From Diretmus argenteus (Eukaryota): a stretch of DNA of 64,000 nucleotides. Shown here piece by piece: positions 24,745-38,325 of the stretch (position 1 is its first letter; each line of letters starts with the position of its first letter). The stretch spans positions 34,878,381-34,942,380 of the forward strand of contig CM109057.1 in NCBI GenBank assembly GCA_048569125.1, written 5' to 3'. The notes beneath the pieces are model-generated. The model worked only from the letters and a program-made list of their open reading frames with translations. It was not told the DNA's origin and searched no databases. The position numbers and the translations under genes were made by a program.

Positions 24745-25175
24745 CAGGGTTCTCAACTGGTCTGGGACCCACATGACTTAGAATAAACAAATATTTTCAT
24801 CCCTGCATTCAGAGCACATTACTCTACAATAACAAACTGATCCTGATTAATAAACTGATGAGTATGAACATCACAACTGCTGCTGATCCTGGTGAATATT
24901 AATAAAATGAACATCAGAACTGCATAACTGTGTCTACACACAATATGATCATCTCTCTGAGTAGATCTACTAAACGGACTGTTTACACTTAACAGGTATT
25001 TGGGGAAGATAATGAGATAGTTGGGGATGTGCTTTACTCCTGATAAGAGTTTGAAAGTCTGGGTACTTTTGCATAAAAAAAGAAAAGTTTTTTTGATCAC
25101 TCACTCTGCAACCAATTCAGAATGAGTCTGCGACCCACTTTTGGGTCACGACCCACCAGTTGAGAAACACTGGGT
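24745..25175. mobile_element. MITE, inverted copy of the element at 9663-10125
   Basis: It has the TIRs gcagggttctcaactggtctggg ... cccaccagttgagaaacactgg, and its internal sequence is a reverse-complement match to 9700-10100. Confidence 0.6.
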
Positions 25176-26108
25176 TAGAGATTGGGCGGTAATTGTTGAG
25201 GGCAGAGGGGGTCCAGGTCGGTCTTCTAAAAAGGATAACTTCGGTATTTTTCAACCTGGACCCTATTTTCCCATGGCCGTGTGTCTACGTGACTCGTGGG
25301 AAGAATTTTTGAAATTGGTCCAGTATTGACCGAGCCCGTAGCTGCTAGCGGTAAGCTTAGCAAATCCGTCTGAAACGTGGGGCTTCGGGGCATGTGAGAA
25401 CCTACATGTACGTCCTCTAAAAGCGTTTTTTTTTGTCACTGAAAGGCTCCGATTGTCCCTGAATAAATACAGGGTAAATTAAAGAACAGGACGAGGTGCC
25501 GGGTGGGAAAGAGGGTAGTAATTGAGTCATAAATAGAGGCAGCAGTAATACCCGAGCAGCTAGGCTCACCTTGGGAATTCTGGGAAGAGTTTGCTTGATT
25601 CGGAATGACACAACCTGAGTGAGAAGAAAAAAACAATCAACCAATTAGAGAACAGCTAAGATACAGAGGAAGACTGGGTATCATTCAATAGCATGTATGG
25701 CTGTATTCTTTGTTGATGTGAAATCTAAACCCTAGCCATGACCTTTGACCTTTAAAAACACACACAACTACCATTTCTAATGGGCAGAAGAACTCTGAGT
25801 TCATGTAAGGAGAATAACTCACTCGTCTTTTCTTCTTGATGGTCCTCCGGCGTCTCAGCTGACTGCCTCCCTCTGGTGGCTGCATGTCCTCACCTCCCTA
25901 ACAAACCATTACAGACGCTTTGCATGACGCCTGTATAGGTGTAGACTGGCCATCCAGGTATGTGCAGGGTACTAACTTATTAGCAATGATCACTATTTGC
26001 ATTATAAAGTTATTTATCCTTAACATTTTACAGTGTATCGACGATGTAGGCAGCAAATCATGTAAAGTTCGATAAACGTGATAACAGGCAAATTAAAATA
26101 GGAAATAA

Positions 26109-27845
26109 ATGTTTGACGTAGAGGTTCAGATCACTGACAATCTAGAAATATATGATTTTCATAGGAGGAGGAAGAAGAAGAACAAGAACAAGAACAAGAA
26201 CAACAACAACAACAGAAGAAATATGTTGATAAGGTTGTATCTTGAGCTGGAAAAACGGGTTTCAGCCAACGACCCAGCGTCAGTGTGGAGAGGCCTGCAA
26301 GACATCACCAACTACAGGAGACCATCCCCCCCTACTGTGGAGAACGATCAACTGGCTGACGACCTGAACAAGTTCTACTGCCGGTTCGATGAGGCCAACA
26401 CTTCACACCTCACTTCAATCCCCCCCAACTCCATTCACCCTACTGACCCCCGCTCACCAGCACTCAAGATCTGTGAAGAAGATGTAAATCAGCTCTTCCG
26501 GAGACAAAAGAGCAGGAAGGCTCCAGGCCCAGATGGCGTGTCACCCTCCTGCCTAAAAGTCTGTGCTGATCAGCTGACCCCCATCTTTACACGGATATTC
26601 AACAGATCACTGGAGTTGTGTGAAGTCCCTGCCTGCTTCAAACGCTCCACAATTATCCCGGTCCCCAAGAAATCTTCCATCACTGGATTAAATGACTACA
26701 GGCCCGTCGCCCTGACGTCTGTGGTCATGAAATCCCTTGAGAGACTGGTGTTGACCCACCTGAAGGACACCACAGGCCCCCTGCTGGACCCCCTGCAGTT
26801 TGCTTATCGGGCAAACAGGTCAGTGGATGATGCAGTCAACATGGGACTGCACTACATCCTGCAACATCTCGACTACCCAGGGACATATGCAAGGATCCTG
26901 TTTGTGGACTTCAGCTCGGCTTTCAACACCATCATCCCGGACATCCTTCACCACAAACTCACCCAGCTCACTGTGCCAACCTCCACCCGCCAGTGGATTA
27001 CAAACTTCCTGACAGACAGGAGGCAGCAGGTGAGGCTGGGAAAAATCACATCCAGCACCCGGACAATCAGCACTGGCGCCCCCCAGGGCTGTGTGCTCTC
27101 CCCTCTGCTCTTCTCCCTCTACACAAATGACTGCACCTCACGTGACCCAACTGTTCAACTCCTGAAGTTTGCAGACGACACCACGGTCATCGGTCTCATC
27201 CGGGATGGTGACGAGTCTGCATACAGACAAGAGGTTGAACGGCTGGCCCTCTGGTGTGGTCATAATAATCTGGAGCTGAACCAGCTCAAAACTGTCGAGA
27301 TGACTGTGGACTTTAGGAAGAGCCCCCCAGCACTGCCCCCCCTCACTTTACTCAACAGCTCGGTGTCTGTTGTGGAAACCTTCAGGTTTCTGGGCTCCAC
27401 AATCTCCCAGGATCTGAAGTGGACCCCCAACATAGACACTCTGATCAAAAAGGCCCAGCAGAGGTTGTATTTCCTGCGCCAGCTCAGAAAGTTCAACCTC
27501 CCTCTGGAGCTGCTGATCCAGTTCTACTCTGCGATCATCCAGTCTGTTCTCTGCACCTCCATCACGGTCTGGTTTGGCTCGGCCACCAAACAAGACAGAC
27601 GCAGACTACAACGAACAGTCAGGACCGCAGAGAAGATCATCGGTGCCAACCTGCCCTCCATCCATGACCTGTACACCTCCAGAGTCAGGAAACGGGCAGA
27701 AAAGATCACGGCCGACACGTCACACCCTGGACACGACCTGTTCCAACTCCTCCCCTCTGGTAGGCGCTACAGAACTCTGTACGCCAAAACTACCAGACAC
27801 AAGAACAGTTTCTTCCCACAAGCCGTCACTCTGATGAACACTTGA
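26109..27845 (+). mobile_element. Non-LTR retrotransposon (CR1/Rex1-like LINE) reverse-transcriptase ORF, 578 aa. The whole element spans roughly 25.9-28.35 kb, including its 3' (GATTCT)n tail.
   Basis: The ORF is intact. Its RT motifs include ...LLDPLQFAYRANRSVDDA..., FVDFSSAFNTI, QGCVLSPLLFSLYTNDC and FADDTTVIGLI, and its C-terminus ends ...KNSFFPQAVTLMNT. An AATAAA signal is followed by (gattct)5 at ~28310-28350, which is the kind of short tandem 3' tail typical of fish CR1/Rex LINEs. Confidence 0.8.
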
Positions 27846-28947
27846 ACACTGGTGTCAATCACCCTCTCACTCCATCTACCTCATCCTTCACATCATCTAC
27901 CTCACCCTTTCACTCCCTTCACACCCATCACTCCCATTTACCTCATGTAAATAAGGTACCTGTACATAGACTCCCCTATTTATAACAGCATCTTTGCACA
28001 TTCATCACACCCAAGCATCTTTGCACATTTCCTCCCGCAATAATTTCACATAGGCACCACATTTTTTATTTATTTTTTATATAAGTACTATTTAGATATA
28101 TATTTTATTTTAAAAATTATTTTTCATATAGCCTTTTTCTCCTGTGCTGCTAAATGTTTCTGCTGTTGTTGTTTTTTGTCATGTTGAGTTGTTTTCTGTC
28201 ATGTCACGTGCTACATGTTATACGCCCTTGTCTATTCTTGTTTGTACAGAGAGCTTCAGAATTCCGGAGACAAATTCCTTGTAGGTGTATTCGTACTACG
28301 TACTTGGCAATAAAGCTGATTCTGATTCTGATTCTGATTCTGATCTTATCAACCTTATCGTACCTGTTGCTCCACAGCTTTAGGAGTCCTGAACAGTTCA
28401 CTGAGTCCGACTTTTTTCTCCTGTTTCCCAAAGACACGAGTCAGTGATACAGGACACAAACAGTGGAAAGATGTTGATAAAAGCAAGTGGGGAAACACAA
28501 TCTACTCACTTTTGGAACTCCAGTCAGACTGTCGTTGCTGCCTGACAACTCGCTGTGTGCAGAAAGATTGTGCTAAATAGAAGGAAAGCATGCATGTTAG
28601 GTTAAAGAAGCAGTGCACTACTTTAAATGTTATTGTTATTGGCCTTTATTTTGTAATAGTTCCTGTTTGATTAAAGTACCAATGTTAAGCTCTTCCCATG
28701 TGATCCCTCTGCCAGCAACCTAACAAACCAGTCAGCTGCTAGTTGACTGCAGCTGAACTTGTGATATTGCTCATCAGCAGCCAATCACATCCTTGTGTTG
28801 CTAAATTCCTATTGCTACACTAATAATAACAACTACAGGTTGCAATCATTTAGCTCAAATCAGCCATCGGACAGAATTAGGCAAAGTAGATGCACAATCC
28901 TCAAACCAGTAGACAACAATGCGAGGAAACCGCAATGCTGAGGTCAC

Positions 28948-29016
28948 CTTTGCGATGAGGTTTTCCGTGAGGCTGTCGCAGCTTGCTGACAGTTCCTTTG
29001 CGTCACTGAGAGGATC
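28948..29016 (-). CDS. Type-B-like exon (DPLSDAKELSASCDSLTENLIAK)
   Basis: A 69-nt exon with acceptor ttttccag and donor AAG|gtgacc. Confidence 0.4.
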
Positions 29017-29370
29017 CTGGAAAACAACATGAAGGTTAAAGTCACACCTGGATCAAAAGTATTTAGAAGTAATTGTGTTTATGTTAATCAGCATTTCAGA
29101 CACTATTTGAGTTCTCACGCACGCACGACTGAGGATGTGTTTTTTTTAATTAAACAGGGCAAAAGGGTGATCATCCACACAACAATAAACAACATCAGAT
29201 AATGTCAATGCAACCTTAGTAGCAACAGAGCGTGGAGCTGGTCTGGGAGGCTTTTTGAGCATCCCCGACAGCCCTCCTGTCTTCTACTGAAACATAGGAG
29301 GACATCAACACATTACCAGTCAGTAATAAAGGGCAGACTGAGACTGACTCATCGTTTCCAGACAGCGTAC

Positions 29371-29442
29371 CTTCTGTGTGGCTGTGTCTGAGAGATTGTC
29401 ACAACTGATTGATAACTTCTTGTCCAAGCCTGAGTTTGACTC
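29371..29442 (-). CDS. Type-B-like exon (ESNSGLDKKLSISCDNLSDTATQK)
   Basis: A 72-nt exon with acceptor tgttcag and donor AAG|gtacgc. Confidence 0.4.
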
Positions 29443-29530
29443 CTGAACATACAAAAGAACGAACAAAGTAAAATAATGAAAGAACCACAGACATCGATGC
29501 TAACAACGTCATATGAAAGTAGACACTCAC

Positions 29531-29602
29531 CAGTGCAGCTGCCTCATCTCCAGATGCTTTAGGTGTCTTCTTGAGAAGTCCACTGAACAGCCCACCTTTC
29601 TC
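29531..29602 (-). CDS. Type-A-like exon (EKGGLFSGLLKKTPKASGDEAAAL) of the same or a paralogous modular gene
   Basis: A 72-nt exon with acceptor ctcatcag and donor CTG|gtgagt. It belongs to the same motif class as the exons at 52-61 kb. Confidence 0.4.
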
Positions 29603-29755
29603 CTGATGAGCAGAGATGATGAGAAATGTTTTAGATTAGTGATCACAATCATTTACTACATTTCCCAGAATGCCTTTTGTTAACCCCCAGAAAATAGGAA
29701 TGAACATGTTGCATTCAGCTGGGGATTTTGCATTCAGGTGGAGAGAGCAATAGCA

Positions 29756-30137
29756 CTACTACTACTACTACTACTACTACCATTACTCCTACTACTACCA
29801 CCACCACCACCGCTACTAGTACTACTGTTACTACTACGACCACTACTTCTATTACTACTACTAATAATAATACTACCACCACTATCATTACCACTACTAC
29901 TACTATCATTACTACTACCACCACTACTACCATCATTACTACTACCACCACCACCACTAATACTACCACAACTACTATCATTACTATTACTACCACCACC
30001 ACCAATAATAATAATAACTAGAAAATTCCAGGAAAAGTAGTAGCAGTAGTAGTAGTAGTAGTAGAAGCAGCAGTAGTAGTAGCAGTAGTAGTAGCAGCAG
30101 CAGCAGCAGTAGTACTATTATTAGTAGTAGGAACAGA

Positions 30138-30160
<23 letters not shown>
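29756..30160. repeat. Compound trinucleotide array: (ACT/ACC)n followed by (AGT/AGC)n
   Basis: Direct read. All six frames give homopolymeric T/L/V/S ORFs. Confidence 0.95.
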
Positions 30161-30168
<8 letters not shown>

Positions 30169-30972
30169 GTGAGGAGAGAGAACAATGGGGTGAAAATGGG
30201 TGTCTGTACCTTTAAGAGATTCCCACCATTTCTGCTGAAGGACCCTGAGCGTGTGTATGGCCCTTTCGCCTTCTTCTTCTCTCCAAACTGTCAGTGTTGT
30301 AAATGAGAAAACCATGCTGGCTTCAAACATCTCTATCTCAAAAAGTATGAATGTCACAGCTTAGATAATTACACCATATGAGTCCTGGAAACCAGATGAA
30401 CATTTCAATATATATATTTCAAACTGTAGGGGCTGTGACAGTTTATAAATCACCATATTCTCCCTCCATTACTCCGCACTTCTCGCTTCAGATTACATTG
30501 GACTCAATGAGATGCGTAAACAGCACTGTCTGCCCTTTTGGGAGATTTATTCAAAAACTGTGAGTCCTATCTCAATGGAAGTAACATTGAATGGGAGAGG
30601 ACACACTTGTCTACATTTTGATGTATAAATTGTTCTTGTATGGTAGAAGCTGTTGGAGTAAGATGGTGTCTTGAATATTCTTGACAACATTTAGAAGGGC
30701 TGAAGCTAGAGTGCGTGATGCCACTCCACTCTAGCTGTACGCAAACTCTGATTTTGTACATAGCATAGAAGATATCAAAACATGACTTTAGACCGACACA
30801 GGTCAAAGTCTTGTGACCCGTTTAAACCTTTAATCACGTTTCTGCGACAAAGTATGACGAAGTGGTGTGGCTCCAAAGAACGGTGGGTTTCATCAATTTG
30901 AGATTTTTTTCATAAATTCCTATTCATGTGAATGGAAAAAGATTAATCACTTTTTCGCCCGTTGTGCGACTA

Positions 30973-31086
<114 letters not shown>

Positions 31087-32199
31087 AGGGTTTTCCCAAA
31101 GCTGCGGGACTAGTAGTGCACCAAGGTTTTGTACATAAGAATAAATAAATGTATGAGGAATGAAGTATGATGAATAATATGAGTGTGACTTTGCATTGTG
31201 AAGCAGTTACACTAATAATAATGAGTGAGTTTTTCCAGTAGAGAAAAATAAGTCATAGATACGCTGGAAACATCTCAATGTCACATCAACATTTGGCCAG
31301 TTATCCACGCCAGTAAGAAAAATACAAATTACAAAATGGGTTCAGAAATGCAAGTCTGTCTTTTAAACAGTGTTTTTTAGGGTGGGTTTTCCTTTTTAAT
31401 TCCTTACTGAAATTACAAGCAACCCATAGCAAGAAGTGCAGGTGTCAAAGCAACAGCACCCAGATTATTAAAGTAACATATAATGTGTCCTTAGAATTAT
31501 TGTTTTTGTTAGAGAAGTGCTGGATCAAGAAATAGATCAAGAGCCCGGGAGAAAGGGAGATTGTTTTCCTGATTTAACAAGATGGAAACATGTGTGAGTA
31601 GAGTGAAGAGGTTGATGTGATTTAGGACTAAGAGGAAGGAAGGGGAGAAGGGAATGAGAAGTATTTCATGGAGAGATGAGTCTTCAGGCTATGACAGAAG
31701 ATATGCATGCAAAGATGTGTGCATTGGACTGACCTCATTTTCAGACAGGTTACCAGTGCTGGCTGACCTCTTTAATATGCCAGGTAGGCCGCCCTTTTTC
31801 TCCTGAAACAGACTCCAAGTCATTTCACTCAAATTAACTTACTCAAAAACAGTATGTGTACGTGAGAATGGAGGAGGATTGAAAACGGTGAGTTAGTGGA
31901 GTCACAAGCCACAGCTAGTCATCATTTCTACCACCACTACCACTACTACTACCACCACCACCACTACTATTATTACTATTACTACTACAACTACTACTAA
32001 TATTAATAACTAGAACATCCCAGGGAAGTTTTGAATGGGACTGCTGCTTGGTGCGTATCTAAATCCCTCACACATACACAAACACAGATGTAAACCACAA
32101 TTTGGTCCTCACAAAGATGGACAACTTCATCTATGCATGTGTGTGTGTGTGAGAGAGATTATTATGATATTTTTTTATACTATGTAGCTGCTAGTGTGT

Positions 32200-32320
32200 G
32201 TGTGTGTGTCCTGTTTGGTTGCTAGGGTGTCCTGCACGGTTGCTAGGGTGTTCTGAGCGGTTGCTAGGGTGTCCTGGGCGGTTGCTAGGGTGTCCTGGGC
32301 GGTTGCTAGGGTGTTCTGGT
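32200..32320. repeat. 21-22-bp minisatellite (ggttgctagggtgtcctgggc) x5
   Basis: Direct read. Confidence 0.85.
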
Positions 32321-33766
32321 TAGCAGCAGCAGTAGTAGTATCATCAGTAGTAGTGAGAAGGAGAGAGAGCAATGGGGTGAAAATGGGTGTCTGTACCTTT
32401 AAGAGATTCCCGCCATTTCTGCTGAAGGACCTTGAGCGTGTGTATATTGTACCTGGCCCTTTTGCCTTCTTCTCTCCAAACTGTCAGTGTTGTAAATGAG
32501 AAAACCATGCTGGCTTCAAACGCCTCTATATCTCAAAAAGTATGAATGTCACAGCTTAGATAATTACACCATAGGAATCCTGGAAACCAGATGAACATTT
32601 CAATTTGAATTCCTTGCTGAAATTATAAGCAACCCATAGCAAGAAGTGCAGGTGTCAAAGCAACAGCACCCAGATTATAAAAGTAAGATAATTCAGTGTC
32701 CTTAGAATTAGTGTTATTGTTAAAGTGCTAGATCACGAAATAGATCAAGAGCCAGGGAGAAACGGTAGATTGTTTTCTTAATTTAACAAGATGGAAACAT
32801 GTGTGAGTAGAGGAGGAATATAGCGAAGTGATGTGATTTAGGACTAACAGGAAGGAAGGGGAGAAGGGAATGAGAAGTATTTCATGGAGAGACGAGTCTT
32901 CAGGCTAGGACAGAAGATATGCATGCAAAGACGTGTGCATTGGACTGACCTCATTTTCAGACAGGTTACCAGTGCTGGCTGACCTCTTGAATATGCCAGG
33001 TAGGCCGCCCTTTTTCTCCTGAAACAGACTCCAAGTCATTTCACTCAAATTGGTCTGGATGCACTGAAGTCACATTGCTATTGGATCGTCGAGACTAGAT
33101 ATGGAGGTCGTCAGGTTTGCATGATGATCAGAGTTGCACGACAGGAATTTACAGGCCAAAATCTGGTCCCTGATCAAATCGAATCACATTTTATTTGTAG
33201 TCTCAAAGGGCTTCTTTGTGAGACACAACAACAACAGACCAGATCAAGCCAAAGGTAAAGAAAAATGTTATTTCTCTGTATGAATCCTTTCCATAACACT
33301 GTCAGACATCTAGAAGAACAATCTGAGCCTGTAAGTGGCAAAAACAAGCACTTTTAGAGGATGTACATTGACAGGGTGCAGTTGCCCCATAGGGTTACAT
33401 TGCAGGTGGTTTCGCTGCTAACGGCTTGCTCAATACTGGACCAATTTCAAAGATTGTTGTCCCCATTAGTCACTTATACACAATATGATGGGAAAATAGG
33501 GTCCAGGTTGAAAAACCCTGAAGCTAATTAACTTTAATTACCCTTAAACCTCTTCTGAAACAGCCCATGATTACCCTAAGGAGGAATGAAGCGGAATGTG
33601 GTGTACAAAATAACCAAAGTAGGTCAGAGATGATAATCAGAATCCCACAATAAATACCTGCTTGAAGTCTGGTTCATCTTTGGGAACTTCTGATTGGTGA
33701 GTTTCTCTGGAGCCCTGATCAGGAAGAGGAAGACTCAGCAGTTTATAAACATGAAGGGAGCGTGAC

Positions 33767-33811
<45 letters not shown>

Positions 33812-34473
33812 TCAGCCTGTACTCTCTTGCGCTGACTGTGTTTTGTTGTGGCGTTCAGTTCCTGCTGCCACACAACCCAGTCAGGGGAATGAAAACAAAA
33901 GATGAACAGAAGAGGAAGGAAACATGAAACCTGAGTGTTGCAGGACGGTGTTTTACGGTAAACGTCTCTCAGACTGAAGAGCGAGACCGGTGGTCGACAG
34001 GGTTAAGCTCGTTTGAATTCCACTGACTCCTCCTGACTGCATTGTGTACTACTGTACCTTCTCTGTGGGTCTGGCTGGAACCACAGGAGATCCAGATGGT
34101 TTCTCTTTAGTTTCTCCATGTATCAAGTTTCCATTGGCCTGGTAGAGGCGAAAATAGATCAGAAATAGTCACATGCCATTTTTGACTGGATCATGAAAGC
34201 AGCAGCCCATCACGCGAATGTCTGTGACTGATCGAGTTAGTGACTGATGAAGTTACACCACTGGTTGACTTTCACACACATGATGAAATGCATTCAAGTG
34301 CGCCTAGGAAATTTGGGCATTTGGCGATGTCATGGTGTGTTGAATGTACCATTCAGGTTAGGAAATTCCAGTGTTTGGTGTTAATCATAGACTTGGGATT
34401 ATTACAGTACCTCAGCAGGTTTTGGAGGAGGCTTGGGCTAGGAAGAGAAGAACAAGTATATGAGACACAGTTC

Positions 34474-34515
<42 letters not shown>

Positions 34516-34859
34516 GGCGATGTTGTGTATTTGATAGTGTTGACGTGGAGTCTGTGCGTCTTCTCACCGGCTTGGGTTTGCGTTTGACATCTGGCTTCAC
34601 TAAACCCTGCTCCATCCTGCCTGCTGAAACCACACAGGGGGAGAAGTTTGATCAGGATCAACCACAGAATACATCAGACTGGTTTGAAACTGGGGCCATG
34701 AGACTGTAGAGGTTAGAAACGCTGGCCTGCGACCAGAATGTTGCTGGTTTGAATAGACCAGCTCCACAGTAGGCAGTCTAACCCTTTGTTCTGAGATGAT
34801 GAACGGTGAAATGAAGTTCAAAATCCATGCAAACACAGCAACACTTGACAGGTGGGTCC

Positions 34860-35075
34860 GCAGCGTCCAGGTCTGCAGTCTACACTCAGGTCTGCAGTCT
34901 ACACACTCAGGTCTGCATTCTGCACTCAGGTCTGCAGTCTACACTCAGGTCTGCAGTCTACACACTCAGGTCTGCAGTCTACACTCAGGTCTGCAGTCTA
35001 CACTCAGGTCTGCAGTCTACACTCAGGTCTGCAGTCTACACTCAGGTCTGCAGTCTACACTCAGGTCTGCAGTTT
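34860..35075. repeat. 19/24-bp minisatellite (caggtctgcagtctacact) x~10
   Basis: Direct read. Confidence 0.85.
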
Positions 35076-35289
35076 CCAGGCTTGGAAACTTTGGCAGCCC
35101 AGAATAAAATGGAAATATTTTGCTTATCCTCCTCTTTTCGCTGTCTGCATCATTGTCTGTGACAATGAAGTTCTCAGAAGAGATGAACAATTTAGATAAT
35201 TTCACTTTGTAAAAGTCTATCTAATTGCAGACTGTTAACCTCTTGCTGTAGAATTTCACATTGTTGCCTCAACTGTGTAGCTAAGCTAA

Positions 35290-37440
35290 GCTAAGGTAAG
35301 GTATAAGGTAAGCTAAGGAAAAAATTAAAAAACATGACCAATATCAATAAGAAGACCCATCCCATAGCCAACACTGACCCTGAGCTTCCAGACAAACTAA
35401 ACCAATTTTACAGCCGCTTTGAACATTCCCCAGTGCCCCAATACTCCCCCCCCAGCCCTGCCCCCCCACCTCCTTTTGTCATCACAGAGGAGGAGGTGAG
35501 AAAGGAGTTCAGAAAGCTGGACAAAAGGAAAGCTGCTGGCCCTGACGGTGTCAGTCCAGCCGTCCTCTCACACTGCGCTAACCAACTAGCTCCACCTTTC
35601 ACCCATCTGTACAACTCCATCCTCCGTCACTGTACTGCACCAGACTGTTCTAAGGACTCCATCATCATCCCCGTACCCAAATCCAACAAAATCACCTGCC
35701 TCAACGACTACCGACCCATCGCCTTGACATCTGTCGTCATGAAGTCGTTTGAGCGTATCATCCTCTCCCATCTGAAAGAACACACCTCCCCCCTACTGGA
35801 CACTCACCAATTTGCATACCGCCCCAACAGATCTGTGGAGGATGCAGCCAACCTCACCCTTCACAGCACACTACAACACCTGGACTCACCCAACACCTAC
35901 ACCCGCATCCTCTTCATGGACTTCAGCTCTGCATTCAACACCATAGATCCGGTTAAACTGTACAACAAAATGACAGACATGAACATTCACCCCAGCCTAT
36001 GTCACCTCACCAGAAGCTTCCTGTGGCAGAGGCGTCAGAGGGTTAGGATAGGCAGCCTCCTGTCCGGACCCCTGACCCTCAGCACAGGTGTCCCCCAGGG
36101 CTGTGTGCTGTCCCCATGGCTCTTCTCCCTGTACACCAACCACCTAACATCCCACCACAGTTCTGTCTCCATATCCAAGTATGCCGACGACACCACCATA
36201 ACCGGACTCATCACCAACAATAACGAGGATCACTACCGTGAACAGGTGGCCTAAGCTGTCACTTGGTGCCAGGACAACAACCTTCATCTCAACACATTCA
36301 AGACCAAAGAACTCCAAATAGACTTCAGACGGAACCCACCCCCCAAGAAACCCCTCTACATCTCCGGACAACCCATCACCACTACAGACTCCTACAAATT
36401 CCTTGGCACACACATCAGCAACACACTCAAATGGCAAGTCAACACCAGTCACATAATCAAAAAGGCCAACCAAAGATTATTTCACCTCCGGCAGCTAAAA
36501 AAATACAAAGTCAAACGCAACCTCCTCATACAGTTCTATACAGCTATCACTGAAAGCATTCTCACATCATCTATCATAGTCTGGTTTGGTAGTCTGGACA
36601 GCCAATCTCGCAACAAACTTCACCGAATTGTCAGAAAAGCATCCAAAATCATAGGCACCCCCCTCCCATCACTAGACTCACTCTACCACAAACGCACAAT
36701 CCAACGAGCACATAAAATAATCTCTGATCCATCCCACCCAGCTAACCACCTATTCCAACTGTTGCCCTCTGGGCGGCGCTACAGATCCATTTCCACCAAG
36801 ACAACCCGTTTCAAAAACAGCTTTTTCCCCACTGCTATCCGGTCCCTGAACGCATTTTGAAACATCCACAACCATGTACCTATGTCTTGTTGTCATCCAT
36901 GTACTGTTGTGTAATGTTGTGTATTGTGAAATGTTCTTGTCCTGCGGACACAGTGATTTTTGAGCAACTGTACATGCTGCACCGACAGCAAATTCTACCG
37001 ACCATTGGTTGTGTAGCCTTTAATAAATGAATCTGAATCTGAAGCTACGCTAAGCTACGCTAAACTAAGCTAAGTTAAACTAAGCTAAGCTAAATTAAAC
37101 TAAGCTAAGTTAAACTAAGCTAAATTAAACTAAGCTAAGCTAAATTAAACTAAGCTAAGTTAAACTAAGCTAAATTAAACTAAGCTAAGTTAAACTAAGC
37201 TAAGCTAAATTAAACTAAGCTAAGCTAAATTAAACTAAGCTAAGTTAAACTAAGCTAAGCTAAATTAAACTAAGCTAAGTTAAACTAAGCTAAGCTAAAT
37301 TAAACTAAGCTAAGTTAAACTAAGCTAAGCTAAGTTAAACTAAGCTAAACTAAACTAAGCTAAGCTAAGTTAAACTAAGCTAAACTAAACTAAATTAAAC
37401 TAAGCTAAGCTAAACTAAACTAAGCTAAACTAAGCTCAGA
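35290..37440 (+). mobile_element. Second, degraded copy of the same LINE family, with a frameshifted RT ORF and a 3' (CTAAGCTAAATTAAA)n tail array
   Basis: ORF 35334-36254 carries the RT motifs FMDFSSAFNTI, QGCVLSPWLFSLYTNH and YADDTTITGLI. The reading frame shifts near 36250. The C-terminal ...KNSFFPTAIRSLN lies at ~36800-36860. A tandem ctaagctaa(a/g)ttaaa array follows at 37030-37440. Confidence 0.7.
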
Positions 37441-38214
37441 TGTCATATTTACCGCGTAGTAGCATACCTTACTTCCGGTGGTGACCGGAAGCAGTTATCT
37501 ATCCGGAAGTATCTTGGTGACCTTTGTTTACAAACATTCTGATTAGGCCTTGGAGGGTATTTGTGGTGTCTGTTGTATTTTACAATCAAGCGGCACAGAT
37601 ACTTTGTGCTGTAGCTGCAAAAGGAAGAGGAGTATGTGCACCGTGCATGTATAATGTTTGCTCGAATGTATTAAAAACAAAATTGTGCAACAACTAATGG
37701 TTAGACAGGGAGTATAAATAGAAACATGGAATGCTAATTATTTACACTGCACAAAAACATGCTTTATAATAATAAAATACAATCAGTTGTTGACATGGCT
37801 TCATGCTCTAAATGTAAATGGAACTTGGGTATTCCCACTTTCAGTACCTTCTTCTCCATTATACATTATATTTACTTTACTTTGTCAGGATGACAATGTG
37901 CACTCAGCTCCTCCCTACATATTCTGGACAGCACCTGAAGGCAGCATCAGTTACAAGTGGAACCCACCCATCCCAATGAAACACTGAGCAACACATCCAA
38001 AACAAACCTAAACACGCCCTGCGGCCTTTGTGCCACAAAACCTCCCTTTGAAAACAATGTTGCATAACCGGGCGAATTTCTATCACACTCCAAATGATAT
38101 CCCACCACGTATTCCGAGGATCAAAAGGCAGCATCAAAAGCAAAATATCTTACTTAGTTCCCAGAGAGGATGAGAGACATGCAGCCAATTTGTGTCTTCC
38201 TGACTTGTTGATTG

Positions 38215-38325
38215 ATTCACCTGGGACGGGGCGTGGCTACTTTCAGGTTCACCTGGGATGGGGCGTGGCTACTTTCAGGTTTACCTGGGGACGGGGCGTG
38301 GCTACTTTCAGGGCGTGGCTACTTT
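38215..38325. repeat. 33-bp minisatellite (cacctgggacggggcgtggctactttcaggtt) x~3.5
   Basis: Direct read. Confidence 0.8.

Noticed and set aside
29715-30040. ORFs encoding poly-T, poly-L and poly-V proteins (29728-30021, 29738-30040, 29715-30005)
   Set aside because: These are direct translations of an (ACT/ACC)n/(AGT)n trinucleotide array and are not genes. Similar artefact ORFs occur at 16646-16953 and 30867-31148 over (AT)n, and at 11746-12243 over the 30-bp minisatellite.
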